Below, piece by piece: positions 56,127 to 64,000 of a stretch of DNA of 64,000 nucleotides. Origin of the DNA: Escherichia virus TH44; the sequence record MT446415.1. One strand, given 5' to 3'. Made by a program: the position numbers and the translations under genes. The notes under the pieces were generated by a model. That model saw nothing but the letters and a program-made list of their open reading frames with translations. It was not told the DNA's origin and made no database searches. The stretch's first letter is position 1. The number at the start of each line of letters is the position of its first letter.

Positions 56127-56459
56127 ATGAATAAGCTGAATATTGTTAATGAATTGCGTGCTTGTGTAGAACCTACTCAAGAGGGTTGGGATGTTTGGTA
56201 TCATGGCGCTTACCTTGGAACTATTGTCAAGGTCAAAGCTGGTCAGTATCTTATCCATCGTCAGGATGATGCAGTAGCTCCGTTTGGTGCACGCAAGAAC
56301 TTCATGGCAGCGATTGGTGCCTTTGTTCCAGCAGCATATGAAGTATATAAAGCTGACTACAAAGAATATCAGGAATCACAACCAGTTATTCGCTCAATTG
56401 GTGTTAATAAAGCTCAACAGAAAAGTCTGTGGCAACGTGTTAAAGGTTGGTTCAAATGA
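56127..56459 (+). CDS. hypothetical protein
   Basis: 110 aa ORF. Confidence 0.5.
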   Translation: MNKLNIVNELRACVEPTQEGWDVWYHGAYLGTIVKVKAGQYLIHRQDDAVAPFGARKNFMAAIGAFVPAAYEVYKADYKEYQESQPVIRSIGVNKAQQKSLWQRVKGWFK

Positions 56460-56944
56460 ATCCATTAAAAGGTAAAGAATTATCCTTTAAAGACCGTATG
56501 GCCTTATTGGATAAAGCTCTTTCTCGCGAGACTCCCGAAAGTCTCGCTGCTAAATTACGGGCATATGGTGATTACACCGAATATACTGAAGAAGATGTTC
56601 TGGAAGAGGTTCCGGAAATCTGTTGGCAGATTGCTCATTGGAACAACAATGAAAAATATCAGCGCCGGATTGTATGCGCTGCCAACCGCTTTAAGTTAAA
56701 AGATGGTGGGACTCTGGTTATTCCTGGTGCCAGACATTATTCCAAGGATATGGCAGAAGTGCTTGACCAGGTAAGTGATAAACTTGTGTCAGACCATGTT
56801 TGTGGTGATAACCAAGGGTTTATTGACCAATACAGCAATTACTGGACCCGTGAAGAAGCAATGATTATTGCGACTTATGCAAATCAGGTGCGTATTGAAC
56901 GTGGCGGTAGTGAGAAAGAACTTTATTCAGAGGACCTTTATTAA
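56447..56944 (+). CDS. hypothetical protein
   Basis: 165 aa ORF. Confidence 0.5.
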   Translation: MVQMNPLKGKELSFKDRMALLDKALSRETPESLAAKLRAYGDYTEYTEEDVLEEVPEICWQIAHWNNNEKYQRRIVCAANRFKLKDGGTLVIPGARHYSKDMAEVLDQVSDKLVSDHVCGDNQGFIDQYSNYWTREEAMIIATYANQVRIERGGSEKELYSEDLY

Positions 56945-57222
56945 TGAACCTTAAACAACTCCAAATTGATGCAATCGAAAACCATATCAATCATATCAAA
57001 CGTCTGAACACCATGATGGAAGACAACTGGGGAACTTATGTTAACCAGCCGGCTTGGGATGCGTTAGACCATGAATATATAAAGGATATTAGTGATAACA
57101 CGTATAGAGTTAGAGAAGGTCTGAAACCCTTCCTGCGTGATATGTATATTGCAACAAATAAAGCAATTATTAACTATCTTGAATACAAATTAAGGGAATT
57201 GCATGAACAACCTGGTAGCTAA
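56944..57222 (+). CDS. hypothetical protein
   Basis: 92 aa ORF. Confidence 0.5.
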   Translation: MNLKQLQIDAIENHINHIKRLNTMMEDNWGTYVNQPAWDALDHEYIKDISDNTYRVREGLKPFLRDMYIATNKAIINYLEYKLRELHEQPGS

Positions 57223-57534
57223 GCACGATTTCAATAAGGCGTCTGTCCATAAGGATAAGAAGAAAACTGAAATGCAGTCCAAACGTAAGCAGAAGCACAA
57301 GGGGAATCACTATGAGTCATAACTTAGAGAACACCATCACTGGTCAGCGTACACGCGAGCAGGCTTGCTTTGAGGAATTCCTTGGAGCTGATTTTAAGTT
57401 CCAGGAACCAGTTGAACAGATGTATCAGGAATATGTTGTACAGATGGAAAATCATGTGTACAACCCAGAGGAATAATAGTACAATATCCTTACTGAATAA
57501 TTGAATGTCTTATTGAATACTTGAGTAAATTAAA

Positions 57535-57810
57535 ATGACTAAATTTGAAATCGTTTCTGAAATTGTTACTGTAACTTCAATTTTGATTAAAACCGACCGG
57601 GAAGATATTACGATGAAGCGTGATGTGTTTATCGCGTTTTTGAATGAGTTGGGATTGAGGAATGAGAATGGTAATGAGTTAAACAATGTATCGTTTAACA
57701 AGTTGTTTAAAAGTTTATCTGAAGATGAAATTGAACAAATCATTGAACAATTTAACGAAGGATTCGAAGATATACACCGTTATCTTATGATGTATACCTC
57801 CGGATTCTAA
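57535..57810 (+). CDS. asiA: anti-sigma70 factor AsiA
   Basis: 91 aa; 'REI.TV.SILIK..REDI......FIAFLNE.G...E...L...SF.K....L...........FNEGFE...RYL.MYT' matches T4 AsiA as recalled. Confidence 0.9.
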   Translation: MTKFEIVSEIVTVTSILIKTDREDITMKRDVFIAFLNELGLRNENGNELNNVSFNKLFKSLSEDEIEQIIEQFNEGFEDIHRYLMMYTSGF

Positions 57811-58460
57811 CGTGTACGCCCGAGCGTACGACCTGCTTGTCCACACATAGCAGAAAGCCTATCAAAACTAAGGTTAGGTTTTTGCTTATACCAGTACAGC
57901 GAAACTGTGCCTGCATAAACGTTTTCCAAATTAAAGAATGGGCAGCTAAACATATATGCGAAGCTGCTTTTTTTCTTTGTTGGTAAGAATACAGATTCCG
58001 TACTGGATTCAAAATAATTACCATTAACCCCCGCCAAATATTCCGCCGAAGTTTTATCTATTGGAAACCCACCTAAATTTTTTTCGTCGACTGTATCAGG
58101 CAATATCCCCTCATATCCCACCATATCCACAAAGTAGTTAAGGTTAGTTGGTCTAAAAGAATATATTGCTGTAAAGTCTGCCCCACTTGACGAGTGGACT
58201 ATCTGGATTTGCTCGATAGCTGCAATTTTAAATCTGTTATCCTGGTCTTGCCTTATCATTTCAGTGTATGAGGCATATGAAGCATCCCTGTACGCATCTA
58301 AAAGTGCATCACCTTTATACCAGATTACCGCCATTAAAAATAATAGAACAATAACTAGTACCCGGGAAAAAACAACTTTCCCGGTCGCATTATCTTTAAA
58401 AATTCTATCAAGAAGTCCAAAAAGTAGGTCGGGTATTGATATTCCTACTTTTGGTTCCAT
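57807..58460 (-). CDS. t: holin T
   Basis: 217 aa; 'DLLFG.LDR.FKDNATGKV', 'Y.G.....Y.......Y.E.I', 'CP.FNL.N.YAGT...YWY' match T4 holin as recalled. Confidence 0.9.
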   Translation of the reverse strand: MEPKVGISIPDLLFGLLDRIFKDNATGKVVFSRVLVIVLLFLMAVIWYKGDALLDAYRDASYASYTEMIRQDQDNRFKIAAIEQIQIVHSSSGADFTAIYSFRPTNLNYFVDMVGYEGILPDTVDEKNLGGFPIDKTSAEYLAGVNGNYFESSTESVFLPTKKKSSFAYMFSCPFFNLENVYAGTVSLYWYKQKPNLSFDRLSAMCGQAGRTLGRTR

Positions 58461-58478
58461 ACTTTTCTCCTTTAAAGA

Positions 58479-58486
58479 TATTTATA
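58479..58486 (-). promoter_or_regulatory. late promoter TATAAATA for t
   Basis: exact TATAAATA on minus strand ~20 nt upstream of the t start. Confidence 0.6.
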
Positions 58487-58497
58487 GCGCTTATGTA

Positions 58498-59280
58498 CTA
58501 TAGCCAAGACCCATAGATAGTGCCTGTGGCGCCCCATGAAGGGGAACTTCCGAATACCGCGCGTCCGGCTCCGCCCTGCGAGCCGTATGTAACGCTTCGT
58601 CCATAAGCGCCTCCACCAGCCCCGCCCGCGTCGCCACCATTACCACCACCCCACTGTCCGCCAAAGCTACCACCGCCACCTGGTCCGGTATAACTAGCGT
58701 TGCCACCTGGGTTTACGGCACCATTAGTACCACCTAATCCATATGGTCTACCGCCACCGCCACCAGCAGTACCAGCTTCAAGCCAAGAGTTATTTGAAGC
58801 ACATCCGGCACCACCGCCGCCACCTGAAGCTATAACACCATAGTTCCAAATACGGAGTCTGCCTCCAATGTCGTTTTGAATTACATCACCACCATTTGTA
58901 TCGGCTATCCAAACACGGGTCCCACCATTACCGCCGCGTCCCCACATATGAACACCACCATGAATATTCAAAGTAACGTATTCATTAGGAGTATCGCCGT
59001 ACATAAAGAACAATGGAACATCTTTAGTATAAGATACTAAATCACCTGTGATATTAAACACAATAGGTGCAGCACCGGCTTCAAAACAACGGTCTCTAAA
59101 CCATTGTCCGTTAAAGTTGTGGTCCGCCCCAAGTGTATGAATTACTTCAACAGACCGACCTATCATATTACTCATCCAAAACGGAATACCCATTCTCAAT
59201 CGTTGGGCCGCGCCGCCCATCCAATTTTGTCCGGTATTAACTGCTGCAGACCATCCTACCCACGGTCCTTCAACTGCCAT
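58498..59280 (-). CDS. 38: T2-type gp38 receptor-binding adhesin with glycine-rich motifs
   Basis: 260 aa from ATG with GGAGG SD; multiple poly-Gly blocks typical of T2/K3-type gp38. Confidence 0.8.
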   Translation of the reverse strand: MAVEGPWVGWSAAVNTGQNWMGGAAQRLRMGIPFWMSNMIGRSVEVIHTLGADHNFNGQWFRDRCFEAGAAPIVFNITGDLVSYTKDVPLFFMYGDTPNEYVTLNIHGGVHMWGRGGNGGTRVWIADTNGGDVIQNDIGGRLRIWNYGVIASGGGGGAGCASNNSWLEAGTAGGGGGRPYGLGGTNGAVNPGGNASYTGPGGGGSFGGQWGGGNGGDAGGAGGGAYGRSVTYGSQGGAGRAVFGSSPSWGATGTIYGSWL

Positions 59281-59292
59281 ATAAACCTCCAA

Positions 59293-59306
59293 GGGGCCGA
59301 AGCCCC
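59293..59306 (-). other. hairpin GGGGC-UUCG-GCCCC between 37 stop and 38 SD
   Basis: third identical copy of the 14-nt hairpin. Confidence 0.6.
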
Positions 59307-59311
59307 TCTTA

Positions 59312-62300
59312 TTATTTTAACAATGATTTAATTAATGCTTTAAGTTCTTCAATCTCTGATTTCAATTCTGCTATTTCTGCAGTGTGCTCATTGATTGCAG
59401 CTGTATTTAAACCAATTACACCGTTATAGTTTAAACGAAGTAAAGCTTCACCATCAGGGTCACCTTCAACCAATTCAGGTAAAATAGCTTGAACTTCTTG
59501 AGCAATTAAACCAGCATTGGGTTCCCATTTCTGATTACCTTCTTCATCCAGCCCACGTTTCTGCATATAAGTGTAACCGTTAATTTTAGAAAGCTTCTGA
59601 GAAGCATTTTCAAATTTAACAAGGTCTTTTTTAACACGAATATCAGAACGAACATAAACGTCACGAACAAATGTTGAATAGCTATCGCTCTGTTGGATTA
59701 AATGACCGAAAGAAATAATAGCTCTTCCGGTTTCAGTCCAAAGCGCACCATTTGTACCCCATAACCCAGTATGTTCATGATAAGCAGATGACCATGAAGC
59801 AATATGCATTCCATTTGCAACCATATTGATTCGGCCATCACCACCATGTGATAATCCTGTGTCGTTATCACCAATAGCAATACTAGGAGAGCCTAATCCA
59901 TTAACAGTACCAACACCAATTGCAGGAGTCTGGACTAAAGTCGGGGCATAAAATAAACCACTAGAGTGGAATTCGAAAATACCTACAGGACCATCACCCG
60001 TATCGGCATTACCAACACGAATTATGGCTTGTCCCCATGCTTGAGGAGTACGACGCGTACCTAATTCAACAGAAGTAGTATAACCCTGGCCATTAATTAC
60101 AGATTTGCCTTTAATAATAGGATAATAACAGTCTTCACCTACGCCACCGAAATCAAGGAAATAAGGTGCTTCTTCTCGCCATTGGTCACCCCAGCCACCA
60201 CCGTGACGTGCAATCCAGTTAGCACCGTTCATATGAATACGGTCGCGGTTTATATTGAATATTGAAACACCTTGTGGAGATAAAATAACCTCACCATTCG
60301 GGTTAATATTGATACCGCCTTGGGATTGGAAGCTCCAGAAGGCTAAACCGTTATCAGCGCCGTCATTACCTACATACCAGTTATCAACGCCACCTTTTTT
60401 ACCCTTAACATAACCTGCTTCATCTGCCGGATAATCAATAACCACAGCGTCTGAGTTGGTTTTAAGAGTTAAGCGGCCTGTCATCGTGTCGCCTTCTTTA
60501 GAAACACGAGTAGCAACAGCATCAAGAAGGTTAGTTATATTACCTGCACCATTAAATCCGTTCCAGATATCAGAGAAAATGTTACCATTTCGGGCAATAG
60601 AAGCTTCGCCACCACCAACCACAACGTTATCCGGGAAATGCGGAATGCAGTTACTATCAAATTTAATAATTTTGTTTTCATCACCGGCGGCATTAATTCT
60701 ATGGATTACAAAATCACCAGAATTAAGTTCGGTTCCCATAGACCACATTATACCGCCATTTAAGTATTTCTGTTTTATAATTGGAATATAAGCAGAAGCG
60801 GAATCATTATCAATTTCTTGATAAATAGGTGCCGCTTGTCCGTACTGATTAATATACAGCTCGGTACCATTACCATGGCCTGTGAACTTAATAGAACCAT
60901 TTGCGTTCATATCCAAATTAGTATTATCCATATTAGGAATACTTACTTTACCTGTATCAAGGTCCATACGGAACGGGCGAAGGGGTCCGATATTTCCAGT
61001 TTTACCTTGTCCAAACTCGGTAGGAATAATATGAAGACTGTTTTCTGAGCGACGGAAAATGACACCGTAATCATCGTTCCAAATTCTAAGAGCATTGACA
61101 GCATTACCAGCAATAGTGCCAGAGGCGTTAACTTCTTTACCGACATTTATGCTTTCGTTTACATTCATACCACCATTTAAATGGGCTTCAACGTTATTAT
61201 CAGTCTTACGCTGAATATAATGCATCCAACCAACGTCATCAGATATTTCCATTACGTTTTTGCGGTCACCGGCGACATTAGTAAAGGTGTTACCCCAAAC
61301 GTTAATAGTCATGTTATCAACTGAACTATTTCCTGTAGTATTTCCTCTGAACATCAGAGTAGATGCATTGTTGCGACCGTCAATATTAACCGAACCACCA
61401 GCCACATCTATATTACCGGGGGTAACTAACAGACCACCTGCAGTGTTAACGTTTGTAGTACCCTTACCACGGAAATAGTGATGATAATTACCGCCTTGAT
61501 AATATCCTAAAAGTGTTTGACCGTCACCATATGCGTTATTATCATGGTAAGTAACAACAGTAGCCAATGCATAGTTTTCTGACGGAGGTGTGGTCAAATC
61601 TGTGCCGTTTACGGAGTAGCCCATGACCATTTTTCTAAGACTGGTTGTTTCTGCAGGGCCGGAAAGGAAAGTTCTTGTTCCGTTGTTTACATTAAAGAAA
61701 TATCCGTCTTGGTACCATTGTAAGCCGGTATCATTATCGCCAAGAGCAATTGAAGCCGTTCCTAATTCAGAATATCCTTTAGGGCCGTTCGGAAGACCTA
61801 TAGAAACAGAATGATTGGCTTTCAATCCACCCGACCAAGTAAACGACCAAAGATAAGCGTCTAGGCCATCTCCGGCATACCAGGTTATCCCGTCATTATC
61901 TTTAACTTCGTGGAATATACCTGCTCCTACAGCATTTCGCATAACACGGAGGTGGTTAATAGCTGTTTCACTTTCTGCCAATGGGCTATTATCGGCCATT
62001 GAATAGATATCATAATCGCCAGCCTTCTTCCCGTTTGTAATAACTTTATCGGTCAGAATTTGTGGAGACGAAATAGATTTCCATGCCGATACTTCAGGTG
62101 AAGTGAACAAACCATTACCTGAAAATGCATAAGTGCTTTCACTACCAGCGGCATAATCTTGAACACGGATATTAACTACCTGAGTTGTCAAACCTGCGTT
62201 ATTAGGAGAAAAGATAATGCCACGTTCACGTGATGCACCGTCAAAGAATCTCAAATGAGAAGTTGAAGCACTCTTAGAAATAAGTTCTCCGCCTTCAGTC

Positions 62301-62614
62301 ATTATCTGACCTGCAGCAATAATATCACGAGTTACACGAGCAATACCGGTTAAATTAAAATCACCTGTTTGGGTAAAGGTACCATTTAGGGTGTAATCAC
62401 CGGTCTGGTTGTAATTTCCTTTATGAATAACGTTACCATCAATATTACCGCCTTTAGCAAAGCCAAGGTCGATGATGGCGCCAGTGTCATCTTTAGTAAA
62501 AAGTAAGCGGTCTTTCAGGTTGATAGCCAGTTCACCTTCAGCAAGAACTGTTGGCGCCGGGCGAACGCCGGCAACCTTACTTCTTTTAAATTGTATTTGT
62601 TTTAAAGTAGCCAT
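59312..62614 (-). CDS. 37: long tail fiber distal subunit gp37
   Basis: 1100 aa; N-terminus '[32 protein letters not shown]' matches T4 gp37; C-terminus carries chaperone-like motif. Confidence 0.92.
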   Translation of the reverse strand: MATLKQIQFKRSKVAGVRPAPTVLAEGELAINLKDRLLFTKDDTGAIIDLGFAKGGNIDGNVIHKGNYNQTGDYTLNGTFTQTGDFNLTGIARVTRDIIAAGQIMTEGGELISKSASTSHLRFFDGASRERGIIFSPNNAGLTTQVVNIRVQDYAAGSESTYAFSGNGLFTSPEVSAWKSISSPQILTDKVITNGKKAGDYDIYSMADNSPLAESETAINHLRVMRNAVGAGIFHEVKDNDGITWYAGDGLDAYLWSFTWSGGLKANHSVSIGLPNGPKGYSELGTASIALGDNDTGLQWYQDGYFFNVNNGTRTFLSGPAETTSLRKMVMGYSVNGTDLTTPPSENYALATVVTYHDNNAYGDGQTLLGYYQGGNYHHYFRGKGTTNVNTAGGLLVTPGNIDVAGGSVNIDGRNNASTLMFRGNTTGNSSVDNMTINVWGNTFTNVAGDRKNVMEISDDVGWMHYIQRKTDNNVEAHLNGGMNVNESINVGKEVNASGTIAGNAVNALRIWNDDYGVIFRRSENSLHIIPTEFGQGKTGNIGPLRPFRMDLDTGKVSIPNMDNTNLDMNANGSIKFTGHGNGTELYINQYGQAAPIYQEIDNDSASAYIPIIKQKYLNGGIMWSMGTELNSGDFVIHRINAAGDENKIIKFDSNCIPHFPDNVVVGGGEASIARNGNIFSDIWNGFNGAGNITNLLDAVATRVSKEGDTMTGRLTLKTNSDAVVIDYPADEAGYVKGKKGGVDNWYVGNDGADNGLAFWSFQSQGGININPNGEVILSPQGVSIFNINRDRIHMNGANWIARHGGGWGDQWREEAPYFLDFGGVGEDCYYPIIKGKSVINGQGYTTSVELGTRRTPQAWGQAIIRVGNADTGDGPVGIFEFHSSGLFYAPTLVQTPAIGVGTVNGLGSPSIAIGDNDTGLSHGGDGRINMVANGMHIASWSSAYHEHTGLWGTNGALWTETGRAIISFGHLIQQSDSYSTFVRDVYVRSDIRVKKDLVKFENASQKLSKINGYTYMQKRGLDEEGNQKWEPNAGLIAQEVQAILPELVEGDPDGEALLRLNYNGVIGLNTAAINEHTAEIAELKSEIEELKALIKSLLK

Positions 62615-62622
62615 AATGCCTC

Positions 62623-63270
62623 TTAATAATATCCAAAATCTTGTACGGAGTCTTTAAGAACGATTTGGTCAAAACGGGGCACGTGAGCCGGGTCTGATGC
62701 TGGGTTCCTAGAGAAGAAATTAGGTGCTGACAAGTTACCTGTCATTGTTTGCAATGTACTATTATTTAGTTCTACCTGTTGCTGGTTAGTTACATTACCA
62801 AGACCAACTTGAGCTTTTGATGGAGTATTTCCTGGAGAAAATACACGACCTGTTTCATCATAAATTTGTCGAGCTAACGTATCACCCATAACAGTAAGAC
62901 GTTTTGCTCCTGTTGTAGTGTCAGGGTCAAAAATAACGAATGGTGTTCCCGTTTCAGTCTCAAATCCAAACGGCCCCTTAATACGGAAAGATGCGGTAAA
63001 TGGTGTGCCGCCTGTTCTCGCTCCCAACTTAATCCCGTAACCATTTGAATCATTAAATGTCAGGCCTTGTTCGAAATATACGTTTGCTTTATAATTACCA
63101 CCAAGAGCTTTAGAAACGAAATCGTTATCGACTGCTTGTGGCTTGTTATATTCGGAATAAATTTTATAAGTTTTGAAATATAAGTCATTACTGACTGGTG
63201 TTAATGGGAAATTACCTTGGTGCCAGAGGACCGAACCTCCGGCTGTTGAGCCTAGTTTTAAATCTGCCAT
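62623..63270 (-). CDS. 36: long tail fiber distal connector gp36
   Basis: 215 aa; position between 35 and 37. Confidence 0.85.
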   Translation of the reverse strand: MADLKLGSTAGGSVLWHQGNFPLTPVSNDLYFKTYKIYSEYNKPQAVDNDFVSKALGGNYKANVYFEQGLTFNDSNGYGIKLGARTGGTPFTASFRIKGPFGFETETGTPFVIFDPDTTTGAKRLTVMGDTLARQIYDETGRVFSPGNTPSKAQVGLGNVTNQQQVELNNSTLQTMTGNLSAPNFFSRNPASDPAHVPRFDQIVLKDSVQDFGYY

Positions 63271-63305
63271 TTATAAGTCCTCTTCAACCGGCATATGATA
63301 TTTTG

Positions 63306-63313
63306 TATTTATA
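63306..63313 (-). promoter_or_regulatory. late promoter TATAAATA upstream of gene 36
   Basis: exact TATAAATA on minus strand, just downstream of the gene 35 terminator. Confidence 0.6.
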
Positions 63314-63314
63314 A

Positions 63315-63338
63315 CGAAAAAAGGACTCCGAAGAGTCC
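63315..63338 (-). terminator. rho-independent terminator after gene 35
   Basis: minus-strand ggactc-ttcg-gagtcc + TTTTTT. Confidence 0.7.
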
Positions 63339-64000
63339 TATTGTTTTTCCCGTAGTTCGGCTGCATATATCTTGCCGGCTCTCGGAGCTTGCGCATCTGG
63401 TAATGTTACAATTGTATTGCCTGTATTTGCTGCATCGTTTGCGTATGACATCCTTATGCCGTTGACACCAAATTCAGCTGGTTTGAATGCCGAGTCACCT
63501 CTGGTTATCTCACCAATAACAATATTACGTATTGACCCAGTTCCCACAGCTACAGTCCTTGATGTTACTACTGTAAAGCCATCGGCTCCCGCCGGAATCT
63601 CGACATATCTTTCGAAACTCGCCCAAGCACCAGCTGGAACGTTTGTTGCAATATCGATGTTTGTATTTGATATTGGAGAAGTGCTAGGACTTTTAAAGAA
63701 TCGAACCGAAGTCCTTACAGTCCCGATGGCTTTCAGTTCAGCGTCAAATGACATCTGAAACTTCAGGTAAAGCACATCCAAAGGTAAAAGGTTATAGGTG
63801 CTCATAGGAGTCACCAGGTCCTCTGTGGGGAACCTTCTAATTGCGGTTGATGTTCCATCACCTGTTGATGAATACGTGCTCTCGTCTTCCGTTATGCGCA
63901 CAGGATAGCCTGTTGCTCCTATATCACTAAAGGTATCATAAATTACTTCAAGTGGAGTCGAAACATCCTCAACTAACTTCCCGTCATTATACTTAACATG
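63338..64000 (-). CDS. 35: long tail fiber hinge protein gp35 (C-terminal part; N-terminus beyond window)
   Basis: reading frame stays open to the window edge; position upstream of 36. Confidence 0.75.
   Translation of the reverse strand, partial: HVKYNDGKLVEDVSTPLEVIYDTFSDIGATGYPVRITEDESTYSSTGDGTSTAIRRFPTEDLVTPMSTYNLLPLDVLYLKFQMSFDAELKAIGTVRTSVRFFKSPSTSPISNTNIDIATNVPAGAWASFERYVEIPAGADGFTVVTSRTVAVGTGSIRNIVIGEITRGDSAFKPAEFGVNGIRMSYANDAANTGNTIVTLPDAQAPRAGKIYAAELREKQ

Noticed and set aside
59698-59880. 60-aa minus-strand ORF within gene 37
   Set aside because: It lies in an alternative frame of the same strand inside a confidently assigned structural gene and has no independent start signals.
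1-64000. Scan for tRNA, rRNA or other structured RNA genes
   Set aside because: No cloverleaf-compatible segments with conserved T-loop (GTTC) and D-loop features were seen in intergenic regions. This cannot be excluded without a covariance-model search.

Overview
This window reads as a 64-kb segment of a T4-like (Tevenvirinae-type) virulent phage genome, in reverse orientation relative to the usual T4 map. All calls are from reading the translated ORFs and the DNA by eye against remembered T4 proteins and motifs; no searches were run. Start coordinates were refined by hand where the ORF track began at TTG/GTG and are approximate. On the + strand the order is: a hypervariable region (0-7.6 kb), nrdC, endonuclease VII (49), an nrdH-like glutaredoxin, late sigma factor 55, then the replication/recombination core (47, 46, rpbA, 45, 44, 62, regA, 43, uvsX, 41, 61), then 56, soc, two Mod-type ADP-ribosyltransferases, dda, dexA, a fused topoisomerase gene 39, rIIA, rIIB, ndd, 52, motA and asiA. 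On the - strand, converging on asiA, lies the late module: holin t, a glycine-rich T2-type gp38 adhesin, 37, 36 and a partial 35. Terminators with UUCG tetraloops, early promoters with conserved leaders, MotA-box middle promoters and two exact TATAAATA late promoters are visible. The most interesting loci are: a 3.4-kb multi-gene insertion between helicase 41 and primase 61 (including a PARP-like 'HGS' motif ORF and a 43-bp direct repeat); an opposite-strand pair of small membrane paralogs between 61 and 56; a nucleotidyltransferase-like ORF and four ORFs with coiled-coil tails upstream of nrdC; promoter palindromes showing compensatory covariation; and the absence of gene 42, the glucosyltransferases and nrdD/nrdG from their T4 positions although dCTPase 56 is present. 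No rRNA, tRNA or CRISPR was seen.
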